From positions 1 to 64,000 of IMG/VR virus record IMGVR_UViG_3300008261_000014: a stretch of DNA of 64,000 nt, one strand, 5' to 3'. Both the position numbers and the translations under genes were made by a program. This DNA is from an uncultured virus (IMG/VR IMGVR_UViG_3300008261_000014) (lineage: Duplodnaviria > Heunggongvirae > Uroviricota > Caudoviricetes). Below the pieces are notes generated by a model. That model had not been told where the DNA came from, did no database searches, and saw nothing but the letters and a program-made list of their open reading frames with translations. Of the stretch, positions 30,707 to 39,634 are shown piece after piece; within the stretch, counting starts at the first letter, position 1, and every line of letters begins with the position of its first letter.

Positions 30707-31020
30707 CAAATGCTAGTTTAGAAGATATAATGGAAGCGTTGCAAGGCGATAACAAGACTCAAGAGTTAATTGCAAATGAGACTTTAAGAATTGGATCACT
30801 CCTTGTAAACAAGAATAAGGCCTATGGAAATAGTGCCCTTGAACCTGTTAGAATCTTTAGTAGGGCTAACAGTATGGAACAACTTGCCGTCAGAATTGAT
30901 GACAAGTTATCTAGACTTTCAAGAGGACACGAATACGTAGGGGATGACACACTAGATGATCTAGTTGGATACCTTGTTCTTCTATTAGTAGCAAGGAAGA
31001 GACAGAAGCAAGATGAGTGA
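30691..31020 (+). CDS. Nucleotide-modification-associated domain 1 (DUF1599-like) protein
   Basis: KNKAYGNS...RIDDKLSRL...DTLDDLVGY. Confidence 0.7.
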   Translation: MVKKLTNASLEDIMEALQGDNKTQELIANETLRIGSLLVNKNKAYGNSALEPVRIFSRANSMEQLAVRIDDKLSRLSRGHEYVGDDTLDDLVGYLVLLLVARKRQKQDE

Positions 31021-31552
31021 AATTGAAGTAGCAGAACGTTCAGAAACTATTGCAAAGGTTGTTGAGGAATTCCTCAGAGGCAACACAAGCCCACTTGCAA
31101 TTGGCAAAGCCCTTAATATGTCAAGAAACGAAGTTGTTGAGGCTTTGAATGAGTGGAGAGCAATTGTTAGCAATAACAGTACTGTTCACGAACGTGCCAG
31201 AGAGGCTTTATCTGCTGCAGACCAGCACTATGCAATGTTAATTAAAGAAGCATGGAGAACAATTGACGATGCAGATCAAGCAGGAGACTTAAGAACAAAA
31301 GCCACTGCGATCAAACTAGTTGCTGACATTGAAGGAAAAAGAATTGAGATGCTGCAAAAAGCAGGCTTGCTAGAAAACAATGAAGTCGCATCTATGATTG
31401 CAGAGACAGAAGAAAAGCAAGAAGTCTTAGCATCTATCCTTAGAGATGTAGTTGCTGACTGCGATAAGTGCAGATCTGAAGTTAGAAAGAGACTTGCAGA
31501 TTACAGTGGCAAGGCAGAGATTATTCAAGTTTATCCAGCAAGGGCAGAGTAG
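31013..31552 (+). CDS. Probable terminase small subunit
   Basis: N-terminal HTH plus helical region, coupled to TerL. Confidence 0.55.
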   Translation: MSEIEVAERSETIAKVVEEFLRGNTSPLAIGKALNMSRNEVVEALNEWRAIVSNNSTVHERAREALSAADQHYAMLIKEAWRTIDDADQAGDLRTKATAIKLVADIEGKRIEMLQKAGLLENNEVASMIAETEEKQEVLASILRDVVADCDKCRSEVRKRLADYSGKAEIIQVYPARAE

Positions 31553-33345
31553 TGACAGGATTTAATGACTTCCTAGATATTCTAGGTGGCGATGATTTTG
31601 ATGAACGCCCAGTAATGATTGAAGAGTTTGTAACATCTACCAAATACTTAGACCTACCACCACTATCAGAATTACAATATCAATCTATTCGTGCAATGAG
31701 CCAGGTGTATAAAAAGTCAACCCTCATTAATCTATATGGCGAAGAAGAAGGACTAAAGCGTTATCAACAAACTTGCAATGAAGTTATCTTGCAGTTAGGA
31801 AAAGGATCTGGAAAAGACTATATGTCTACAATTGCTGTAGCCTATATGGTTTATTTATTGCTATGTTTAAAGGATCCAGCAAAGTATTTTGGAAAGCCAC
31901 CTGGTGACTCTATTGATATTATCAATATTGCAGTTAACGCACAGCAGGCTAAGAATGTTTTCTTTAAAGGTCTTTCTAATAGAATTGAAAAGTCTCCTTG
32001 GTTTGCAAACAAATATATTAAGAAGGCTGACAGCATAGATTTTGATAAGAACATATCTTGTTACTCAGGCCACTCAGAAAGAGAAGCGTTTGAAGGATAC
32101 AACGTTATTGCAGTTATCCTTGATGAGATTTCTGGATTCAGCCTAGACTCTACATCTGGAAATGACCAGGCTAAAACTGGAGATGCAATCTATGATATGT
32201 ATCGTGCATCTGTAGACTCCCGTTTTCCAGACTTTGGAAAGGTAGTCCTGCTATCGTTCCCAAGATATAAGGGTGACTACATTCAGCAAAGATACGAAGC
32301 CGTGGTGGCAGATAAAGAAGTTGTAATGAGATCCTATGAGTTTATCCTAGATGAAGAACTAGGAGACGCAGAAGGAAACAAGTTTACTATTGAATGGGAA
32401 GAAGACCATATTAATGCATACAAGATTCCAAAGGTCTTTGCAATGAAGAGACCTACTTGGGAGGTTAACCCAACAAGAACTATTGATGACTTTAAGGTAG
32501 CGTTCTTTACAAATCCAGCAGATGCATTATCTCGTTTTGCTTGTATGCCATCAGAAGCAATTGATGCATTCTTTAAGTCCAGAGAAAAGATCGAAACTGC
32601 ATTCTCAGAATTTGATCCAATTACAGACGATGGTAGATTCCACGATTGGTTTAGTCCAGAGGATGAAAAGGAATATTTTATTCACGTCGACCTTGCCCAA
32701 AAGCATGACCATTGTGCTGTCACTATGGCACACATTGACAGATGGGTTTATATTAAACAGTTTAATAACTATGAGCAAAAAGTCCCAGTTGTTAAAGTCG
32801 ACTTTGTTAAATACTGGACACCTAAGCCAAACGAGGCAGTCAGTTTTACTGAGGTAAAAGAGTTTATCATTAACATTAGAAGAATGGGATTCCCATTAAG
32901 AATGGTTACGTTTGACCGTTGGAACTCATTTGAAATGATGACGGACCTTAAAGCAGTCGGTATTTATACTGAGAATTTGTCTGTGGCAAAGAAGCACTAT
33001 GAAGATATGTCTATGGTTATATCTGAAGAGCGTGTTAAGGGACCAAGAATTGAATTGTTAATTAATGAATTATTAAGATTGCGAATCATTAAGGATAAGG
33101 TGGATCACCCAAGAAAAGGCTCTAAAGACCTTGCAGACGCCACCTGTGGGGCAATCTACAATGCACTTACAAGAAGCACCAGAACAGAGTTCGGTGATAT
33201 TGAAGTCCACACTTACGCAGATAATAAAAGAGATAATCGTCTTGAAGAAGAGAAGAGAATGAAAAAAGAAGGAGTTACCCATACACCTAGATATCCAATG
33301 CCAAATGACATTGAAGATTATCTAGGATCATTACGCATTGTCTGA
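31552..33345 (+). CDS. terL: Terminase large subunit
   Basis: GKGSGKD Walker A, VILDE Walker B, HVDLA...FDRW...KDLADA nuclease motifs. Confidence 0.88.
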   Translation: MTGFNDFLDILGGDDFDERPVMIEEFVTSTKYLDLPPLSELQYQSIRAMSQVYKKSTLINLYGEEEGLKRYQQTCNEVILQLGKGSGKDYMSTIAVAYMVYLLLCLKDPAKYFGKPPGDSIDIINIAVNAQQAKNVFFKGLSNRIEKSPWFANKYIKKADSIDFDKNISCYSGHSEREAFEGYNVIAVILDEISGFSLDSTSGNDQAKTGDAIYDMYRASVDSRFPDFGKVVLLSFPRYKGDYIQQRYEAVVADKEVVMRSYEFILDEELGDAEGNKFTIEWEEDHINAYKIPKVFAMKRPTWEVNPTRTIDDFKVAFFTNPADALSRFACMPSEAIDAFFKSREKIETAFSEFDPITDDGRFHDWFSPEDEKEYFIHVDLAQKHDHCAVTMAHIDRWVYIKQFNNYEQKVPVVKVDFVKYWTPKPNEAVSFTEVKEFIINIRRMGFPLRMVTFDRWNSFEMMTDLKAVGIYTENLSVAKKHYEDMSMVISEERVKGPRIELLINELLRLRIIKDKVDHPRKGSKDLADATCGAIYNALTRSTRTEFGDIEVHTYADNKRDNRLEEEKRMKKEGVTHTPRYPMPNDIEDYLGSLRIV

Positions 33346-33374
33346 TAGGATGTTAATGAAAGGGGGTGCTCACT

Positions 33375-33764
33375 TTGGGTCTACCAATTACAAATGGCAA
33401 AATTACTACACCTTACAAGAAACTTGGTAAGATGTGGAGCAAAGGCTACCACACAGGTGTGGATTTTGCAGTTCCAGGAGGAACACCAATTGTTGCAGTA
33501 GCAGATGGAAAGATTGAAAATGCTAACTGGGGAGCCAGTTATGGTACACAATTAGTACAAAAAGTTTCAGGTGGTTGGGTAATTTATGCTCATCTATCTG
33601 CAGCAGATGTCAAGCCTGGTGCTACAGTAAAGAAAGGACAGGTCATAGGAAAATCTGGGAATACAGGAAATTCTTCTGGTCCTCATCTTCACTTTGAAAT
33701 GAGATCAAATATTAAATGGAGTGCTGGACAGGATATTGATCCTGCAGCAATTCTTGCATCTTAA
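33375..33764 (+). CDS. M23 family peptidase (peptidoglycan hydrolase)
   Basis: HTGVDF, YAHL, GPHLHFE; TTG 33375 after AGGGGG preferred over GTG 33366. Confidence 0.88.
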   Translation: MGLPITNGKITTPYKKLGKMWSKGYHTGVDFAVPGGTPIVAVADGKIENANWGASYGTQLVQKVSGGWVIYAHLSAADVKPGATVKKGQVIGKSGNTGNSSGPHLHFEMRSNIKWSAGQDIDPAAILAS

Positions 33765-33774
33765 TCAATTAACA

Positions 33775-33815
33775 AAATAGGGTAGTGGGTTTTCTGAACT
33801 CACTATCCTATTTAT
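33775..33815 (+). terminator. Stem-loop terminator
   Basis: AAATAGGGTAGTGGGTT...AACTCACTATCCTATTT inverted repeat with G-U pairs. Confidence 0.7.
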
Positions 33816-33862
33816 TGTATAATTAACTTGTATGTCATTCTTATGGCATCTAGGAGAAAAGG

Positions 33863-36124
33863 ATTAAGAGATTAGTACTAAGGTCAGCATTTATAACAAC
33901 ATTGTTGGTGTTTTGGCTACTACTATTATCACAAAAAGAAGCCTACGCTGAAGAAGTTACCACTGTCCAAATAACCCCCTCAGAATCATCTACTGCCACA
34001 ACTATAATCTTAACGCCAACAGCCACTATAGAGGCAGCCCAGGTTGCTATAACTCAGGCTGAAACAGCAACGGCGTTGATCCAAACACAAGCAACAGCCA
34101 TCACACAGCCTACAGAGACTGTTACAGCCACTATCACAGAGGCTCAGAACTCAATACAACAGGCCAAGGCAGTAGTTGATAGTGCTACTGTGGCTATTGC
34201 TAATCAAGAATCTGCAACCGTTGTAGCAAATGCAGCAGTGCAAGAAAAGAATATAGCCCTTGCAAATGTAGAGACAGCCACTGCTAGGGTCAATACTCAA
34301 ACTCAAATTGTAGCCTCAGACAGTGCAACTGTAACATCTGCTCAGGCTGCAGTTAATGCTTCAGTAGTTGAAACTGTTGTAAACGGTGTCAAGGCAACTA
34401 CCTACGAATACAGTGGAAATCCAAACGCTCAACTACCTACAGCAAGCACAACCCCACTTTCAACAACAACTGTTGCATCTCTTTCTCATGTTTGGGAAGG
34501 TGGTCAGGTTCTTAACTCAGGAAAAGTTGACCGAGTTATAGTTAAGTTTGAAGGAACCATCACACTTCCAGAAGAAGCAGCCCTAGTTAGATATAACACA
34601 TATGCAGATGATGGAACTAGACTTTATATTGATGGTCAGGTAGCAATTAACAACTGGGTAGATCAAGGAACATCTTATAGTCCTTATAGCCAAACATATG
34701 ATGTTTCTACAGACAAGAAGCAAGATTTTGTTCTTTGGTATTATGAAAATGGTGGAGGGGCAGAAGTTCATTTAGGATGGTTAATTTTTCGTGCTAACGG
34801 AACTGGTTACTTTACATTTCCACAGGCATCAGCATTTTCAACCATCACAACAACTCAAGATCCAGCATTGGTTCAAGCACTGGAGACTGCCAAGCAGACT
34901 CTTGTAACAGACACTCAAGTTTTAAATACATATATTGGACAACAGACTAGTGCACAAAATATTGCAACACAAAAAAATGAGTCTGCAACAGTAGCAATAA
35001 ATAATTTAACATCTGCTACCAATGCAACAACTCAAGCAATCTCAGCAATTGCTCCTGCTATTTCAAATATGAATGCTGCAGTTTCAGCAGCAGATGCAGC
35101 AGTTGATAGCAAACTAGCAGAAGAAGAAGCAGCACGACAGGCTGCTGCAGCAGCAGAGGCTGCAAGACTTGCTGCAATCGCAGCAGAGAATGCACGTATT
35201 GCTGCAGAGCAAGCATATCAAGCAGAACAAGCAAGACTTGCTGCAGAGGCAGCAGCAGCAAAAGCAGAAGCAGATAGAATCGCAGCAGAGGAAGCAGCAG
35301 CCAAAGCAGAGGCTGATCGTATAGCAGCAGAAGAGGCTGCAGCAAAAGCAGAGGCTGACAGAATTGCTGCAGAAGAAGAAGCAGCAAAGGCAAAGGCTGA
35401 TGCTGAAAAAGCAGAGGCAGAAAGATTAGAAGCAGAAGCAGAGGCAGCACGACAGGCAGAGGAAGATGCAAAGGCTGAAGCAGAAGCAAAGAAAGCAGAA
35501 GAAGAGGCTGCTAAACAAGCAGCAGAAGATGCTAAAGCAGAGGCTGAAGCAAAAGAAAAAGAATTAGAAAACGCTAAGGCTGAGGAGGAAGCAGCAAAGG
35601 CTGAAGAAGAAAAACTAGATAAGATTCTTGAAGATGCAAAAGAAGGTAAGGAATTAACTGAAGAACAAAAAGAAGTTGTTGTTGCTTCGTTGCTTGAAGA
35701 TCTCAAGCCTGGAGAATCTTTATCTGCTGCAGATATTAAAGCATCTGGAGTTTCTTATTCAGACCTACCACCTTCAACACCAGTTGAAGTTCGTACAGAT
35801 GAAAACGGAAACGCATTAATTATTACAGCCCAGGTTGCTGCAAATGTTGAACTTGTTCAAGATCCAGGTGCATTATTAGAAGCAGCGTTTACAGATCCAG
35901 GAGCAGCATTAGCAGCACTAGGAAGTATTGGTGCAGATATGACTGCAGAAGAAAGAGAAGAGGCTACAGATATGGTTGTAGCAACAGTTGTGGCAACGGG
36001 AGCAGCATTGAATGCTGTTGGCCTTGCAGCAGGTGGTTCTTCACCAGCAGGTGGTGGATCATCAGGTGGTGGACCTAGTGGTGGAACAAATTCAGGTGCT
36101 ACAAGGAGGAATGGAAAATGGTAA
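33863..36124 (+). CDS. Secreted PA14-domain protein with Ala/Glu/Lys coiled-coil repeats (start probably ATT 33863; track start 33902)
   Basis: Signal peptide ending AYA; PA14 motifs ADDGTRLYIDG...NWVDQG and YYENGGGA; AAAKAEADRIAAEE repeats; hydrophobic C-terminal segment. Confidence 0.75.
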   Translation: MKRLVLRSAFITTLLVFWLLLLSQKEAYAEEVTTVQITPSESSTATTIILTPTATIEAAQVAITQAETATALIQTQATAITQPTETVTATITEAQNSIQQAKAVVDSATVAIANQESATVVANAAVQEKNIALANVETATARVNTQTQIVASDSATVTSAQAAVNASVVETVVNGVKATTYEYSGNPNAQLPTASTTPLSTTTVASLSHVWEGGQVLNSGKVDRVIVKFEGTITLPEEAALVRYNTYADDGTRLYIDGQVAINNWVDQGTSYSPYSQTYDVSTDKKQDFVLWYYENGGGAEVHLGWLIFRANGTGYFTFPQASAFSTITTTQDPALVQALETAKQTLVTDTQVLNTYIGQQTSAQNIATQKNESATVAINNLTSATNATTQAISAIAPAISNMNAAVSAADAAVDSKLAEEEAARQAAAAAEAARLAAIAAENARIAAEQAYQAEQARLAAEAAAAKAEADRIAAEEAAAKAEADRIAAEEAAAKAEADRIAAEEEAAKAKADAEKAEAERLEAEAEAARQAEEDAKAEAEAKKAEEEAAKQAAEDAKAEAEAKEKELENAKAEEEAAKAEEEKLDKILEDAKEGKELTEEQKEVVVASLLEDLKPGESLSAADIKASGVSYSDLPPSTPVEVRTDENGNALIITAQVAANVELVQDPGALLEAAFTDPGAALAALGSIGADMTAEEREEATDMVVATVVATGAALNAVGLAAGGSSPAGGGSSGGGPSGGTNSGATRRNGKW
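35252..35380 (+). repeat. Three degenerate 42-bp tandem repeats (AAAKAEADRIAAEE)
   Basis: Visible in DNA and translation. Confidence 0.8.
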
Positions 36125-36288
36125 AACTAATAAAAGATATCCTAGATCAACAATGGACTCTCCTTGGTATGTTTATTGCCTGGGTTGTTTTAGACGGGTC
36201 TGCAAAGACCGTAGTTGGTTACGGAATATTAATAACCATGACGACTTGGATATTAAGTTATCCAATTCGTAATAGAGAGGAGGAGTAA
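36118..36288 (+). CDS. Small two-TM membrane protein (56 aa, not in ORF track)
   Basis: MVKLIKDILDQQWTLLGMFIAWVVLDGSAKTVVGYGILITMTTWILSYP...; AGGAGG RBS. Confidence 0.65.
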   Translation: MVKLIKDILDQQWTLLGMFIAWVVLDGSAKTVVGYGILITMTTWILSYPIRNREEE

Positions 36289-36290
36289 AT

Positions 36291-36605
36291 ATGGCAAGAA
36301 AGAAAGTAGACGTAACGATTACTGATCCTACTACAGGAGAAGAAGTTATTGGCTCAACAGCCGTAACTAACCTATGGAATATTCTTATGAGAATCATTGC
36401 AGTTTTTGCAGCGTCAGGACTATCAATCATAGGTGCAGGTTCCCTAGTTGGAATCGATACAATCACAGCAGTAATTATGGCTGGAACTCTTGGAGTCGCT
36501 ACAGTAGTTGAAAAACTAGCAAGAGCGTTCCTAGATGACGGTAAGTTAAGTGCTTCTGAGATTAACGAAGCATTCAGTGCAGTTGACAAGAAAGCAAATA
36601 AGTAG
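36291..36605 (+). CDS. Membrane protein, holin-like
   Basis: Two hydrophobic segments, charged C-terminus, GAGGAG RBS; near peptidoglycan hydrolases. Confidence 0.55.
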   Translation: MARKKVDVTITDPTTGEEVIGSTAVTNLWNILMRIIAVFAASGLSIIGAGSLVGIDTITAVIMAGTLGVATVVEKLARAFLDDGKLSASEINEAFSAVDKKANK

Positions 36606-36668
36606 TATAATTTAGCCACTAACCAATTATTTATGGAAGGTGGCTAGATTATTTTTGATTTAAATACA

Positions 36669-37307
36669 GTGCCAAAGTTTAATATAATTCCATCAAAAAT
36701 TAACAAGGTTAGAATAACCGAAGATGATATCAATTATTATTTGTTTAATGATGATAGGCAATGGATGGTTTTAGGTAAAAAGAATTTGGACGAAATTGAA
36801 GATCTTTATTCTTCATACGACCTAGCAACTGGCAACGTACTGATGTCTGGTCTTGGTTTTGGAATTCTTGCTTTGTGGGTGGCTCAAAAAGAAGGAGTAA
36901 ACTCTGTTACCGTAGTAGAATCATCTAAAGAAGTTATTGATATGTTTCTTAATACAAACATCCTTCCAAGTAATGTTACCATTATCAATGAAGACATTAA
37001 TAACTTTAAAACTCAGGAAACATTTGATGCCCTTCTGTTAGATCACTATGAGTTAGAAGATCCAGAAGACTGTTTAAAGAACATGAAAGAAATTGCTAGC
37101 CAGATCCCTCATAAAACTTTTTGGTCTTGGTCTATGGAACTAATGTTTTTAATAAGTTTAGATTTCCACTTTGATCAGGCAACAAAAGAAAACTGGGATA
37201 ACTTTACATTAAAGTATTTTCCAGACGAAGAGTCTCTTAGGTCAATGGACTTTGAATCAATTAAAGGATACACTGACATCTGGTATTCAAACTACTATAG
37301 GCACTGA
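36669..37307 (+). CDS. Class I SAM-dependent methyltransferase-like (spermidine-synthase-type fold)
   Basis: VLMSGLGFG motif I, VTVVE acidic motif II, FDALLLD. Confidence 0.7.
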   Translation: MPKFNIIPSKINKVRITEDDINYYLFNDDRQWMVLGKKNLDEIEDLYSSYDLATGNVLMSGLGFGILALWVAQKEGVNSVTVVESSKEVIDMFLNTNILPSNVTIINEDINNFKTQETFDALLLDHYELEDPEDCLKNMKEIASQIPHKTFWSWSMELMFLISLDFHFDQATKENWDNFTLKYFPDEESLRSMDFESIKGYTDIWYSNYYRH

Positions 37308-37308
37308 C

Positions 37309-37337
37309 TTGACATATCCAATAAAGGATGGGATAAT
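37309..37337 (+). promoter_or_regulatory. Sigma70/SigA-type promoter
   Basis: TTGACA-17 nt-GATAAT with TG extension; ATG lies 6 nt after the hexamer. Confidence 0.7.
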
Positions 37338-37343
37338 TAAGCC

Positions 37344-37544
37344 ATGGAAACAATAATCAAAGTTCTTAATGCTACAGACAGATGTGACTCCTGTGGGGCA
37401 CAGGCCTATGTTAAGGTCAAAGGTATCACTGGTGAACTGCTATTTTGTGGACACCACTATAACGCCATAGTTGATGACCCAATTGGATATGCTAAAATGA
37501 TGAGTTTCATGCTTGAGATACTAGACGAAAGAGACACGATCTAG
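37344..37544 (+). CDS. Small zinc-binding protein of a type common in Actinobacteria
   Basis: L.A.DRCD.CGAQAYV...GELLFCGHH. Confidence 0.7.
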   Translation: METIIKVLNATDRCDSCGAQAYVKVKGITGELLFCGHHYNAIVDDPIGYAKMMSFMLEILDERDTI

Positions 37545-37561
37545 TAATATAAGATTCCTAT

Positions 37562-37591
37562 TTGACATGTAAAACGTCAATAGGCTATAAT
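37562..37591 (+). promoter_or_regulatory. Sigma70/SigA-type promoter
   Basis: TTGACA-18 nt-TATAAT. Confidence 0.75.
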
Positions 37592-37637
37592 AGTATCTGG
37601 CAATCATGCCAAATACAAAACCAATCGAAAGGTAATA

Positions 37638-38660
37638 ATGAAGAAAATGACAATCGGTGCAGTAGTAACTGCACTTCTAGGATCAGTTTTGCTTGCAACA
37701 TCTGCAAGTGCAAACGTTCCAACAGTCGTACTTACGGTAGCAACAGTTGCCGATAACGACGCAAACACACAGGCTGGTGCAGCAGTAGTTACTGTTCCAT
37801 CAGATAACAAGGTAGACGCTGCAGATGCAGTTCGTTTTGCCATCAGTGGCATTGAGACAGGAACTGCAGTCACTGCAGTTGCAACAAATGCTACAATCGT
37901 AACAGCACTCCATACAGATGCTGCTCCAGTAACTTCTGCATCAGGATCATCAACATGGTCTGTTAATACAGGAACTGGATCTACAGCAGAGTTTTATGTA
38001 TATACTAAAACTACAGCAGTTGGAACTGTAACAATCAATGTAAAGGGAAATTCTTTCGTTTACTATGTAAAGGGAACTGCTGGTCCAGCGTACAACCTAG
38101 TTGTAACAACGCTTGACTCAGTAAGCACCTCTTCAATCGTAGAAGCACAAGTTAAGGTCTCAGATGTTTTTGGAAACGTTCCATCTGCAACAACTCCAGT
38201 AGTTACAGCAATTGGAGCAACAGCAGGAACAGTATCTGCATCTGATACAGCAACTGGAGTTTCTAAGGTTAACATTACATATCCAGCAACTGCTTCTCGT
38301 GCAGCACTTCAGTTTGCAATTACTGCTACTGATGTTGTAGGCCTTCCTGCAGCAGTTAAGACAGTAACTAGATTCGTAGATGTTGCAGACCTTGCAACAA
38401 CAAACGCATCACTAGTTGCTCAACTTGCAGCAGAGCGTACTGCTCGTGCAGCATCAGATGCAAAGGTACTTGAACTTACCTCTGCACTTGCTACAGAAAA
38501 GGCTGGTCGTGCAAGCGATTCAGCAACTGCAACAACTGCAGCAACAACTGCAAAGGCATCTGCTGATCTAGCACTTGCTACATACAAGGCTAAGTACAAT
38601 GCTCTTGCAAAGAAGTGGAACGCAAAGAATCCACGTGCAAAGGTAGCACTACTTAAGTAG
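37638..38660 (+). CDS. Secreted Ala/Thr/Val-rich surface protein (Ig-like/S-layer-like)
   Basis: MKK...ASA signal peptide, beta-rich body, C-terminal coiled coil with basic end. Confidence 0.7.
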   Translation: MKKMTIGAVVTALLGSVLLATSASANVPTVVLTVATVADNDANTQAGAAVVTVPSDNKVDAADAVRFAISGIETGTAVTAVATNATIVTALHTDAAPVTSASGSSTWSVNTGTGSTAEFYVYTKTTAVGTVTINVKGNSFVYYVKGTAGPAYNLVVTTLDSVSTSSIVEAQVKVSDVFGNVPSATTPVVTAIGATAGTVSASDTATGVSKVNITYPATASRAALQFAITATDVVGLPAAVKTVTRFVDVADLATTNASLVAQLAAERTARAASDAKVLELTSALATEKAGRASDSATATTAATTAKASADLALATYKAKYNALAKKWNAKNPRAKVALLK

Positions 38661-38672
38661 TCCTTTAATATT

Positions 38673-38706
38673 AGAGGGGGTGGGCTTTACAGCCCATCCC
38701 CTTTAT
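38673..38706 (+). terminator. Rho-independent terminator
   Basis: AGGGGGTGGGCT-TTAC-AGCCCATCCCCT followed by TTAT. Confidence 0.75.
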
Positions 38707-38735
38707 GTTATAATTAGAAAGTCGAAAGGTAAGCA

Positions 38736-39491
38736 GTGCCAAAAATTATATTTGAATCTAGAACTCCAGTAACTCAGGCTTTTCCACAGCCAGAACCTGC
38801 TTCTAAAATGATCCCACAATGGTGGAAAGATCTTCCACATTATTTATGGGGTGAAGATAAATTTAGCATGCAGGCTTACAGAAGAGATGGTAAGAATGGT
38901 GAGTCTTCTGGCAATGGAGTTCCAAATGTTGGATTAAAAAGATGCTTACCAATCTTAGATGGATTAACTGCTGGATATATTATTAAGTCTCATTGCGATA
39001 TAGAATTTGCATATAGAGATGGTGCCAATAGAAACAATACTACTCAAGAAGCATTCTTTGCCTCTTCAATCAACCCAGTAACCAGATGGAGCACTGATCA
39101 ATTTAAGGGGTATGACATTCCCGAAGGATATTCAGATCAAGTATACAAATGGAGTGGGCATTGGATTATAAAGACGCCACCAGGATACTCAACTTTGTTT
39201 ATCCATCCAGTTGGCTACAACTCCCTACCTTTTAAAACAATTGCAGGTGTTGTTGACACTGATAAGTTAGAAACAGATGTGAATCCACCATTCATTATTC
39301 AAAAAGATTTTGAAGGAATTATTGAGGCAGGGACTCCAATAGTTCAAGTAATACCATTTAAAAGGGATGAGTGGGAAATGGAAATCACTCACATCCCTGA
39401 AGTAGAACAACAAATAAGGCTAGAAAGATTGCTTAGAAAGATTGTAAGTTCTTACGGTAGACACTACCGTGTTCCAAAATCCTATAAGTGA
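38736..39491 (+). CDS. Conserved hypothetical protein (paralog of 60900-61601)
   Basis: PEPA.K..P.W.K, K.C.PILD, TP.GYST.F, VDTD and GTPI..V.PFKRD shared with the paralog. Confidence 0.7.
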   Translation: MPKIIFESRTPVTQAFPQPEPASKMIPQWWKDLPHYLWGEDKFSMQAYRRDGKNGESSGNGVPNVGLKRCLPILDGLTAGYIIKSHCDIEFAYRDGANRNNTTQEAFFASSINPVTRWSTDQFKGYDIPEGYSDQVYKWSGHWIIKTPPGYSTLFIHPVGYNSLPFKTIAGVVDTDKLETDVNPPFIIQKDFEGIIEAGTPIVQVIPFKRDEWEMEITHIPEVEQQIRLERLLRKIVSSYGRHYRVPKSYK

Positions 39492-39503
39492 TATAATAAT
39501 CAA

Positions 39504-39613
39504 GGCTGGTGTGAGGCTTTATCTTAGGATGAATAGTTACCATACCATAGAGCAGGTGAGACAGCATAACGCTTTCCCCATTCGACGCAGGTCAAAAGGA
39601 CCTCGCACCAGTC
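39504..39613 (+). ncRNA. Candidate structured small RNA (~110 nt)
   Basis: 13-bp terminal stem GGCTGGTGTGAGG/CCTCGCACCAGTC with 2 G-U pairs; extended -10 TGATATAAT ends 6 nt upstream. Confidence 0.5.
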
Positions 39614-39634
39614 TATAAAATAAAAGGAGATAGA

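Noticed and set aside
20285..33345. Inteins or introns in DnaB, DnaE, RecA or TerL
   Set aside because: Lengths are ordinary, ORFs are uninterrupted and no splicing motifs were seen
31013..33345. Terminase far from head genes as a sign of misassembly
   Set aside because: The genes are translationally coupled to their neighbours, and this placement is, as recalled, seen in other large actinophages
37562..37756. Track ORF starting at TTG 37562
   Set aside because: The TTG is the -35 box of a promoter and the ORF overlaps the better-supported gene at 37638
39504..39613. Calling the candidate RNA a tRNA, tmRNA, hammerhead ribozyme or definite SRP RNA
   Set aside because: No cloverleaf or T-loop, no CUGANGA/GAAA core, and the SRP-like motif lacks a proper apical stem
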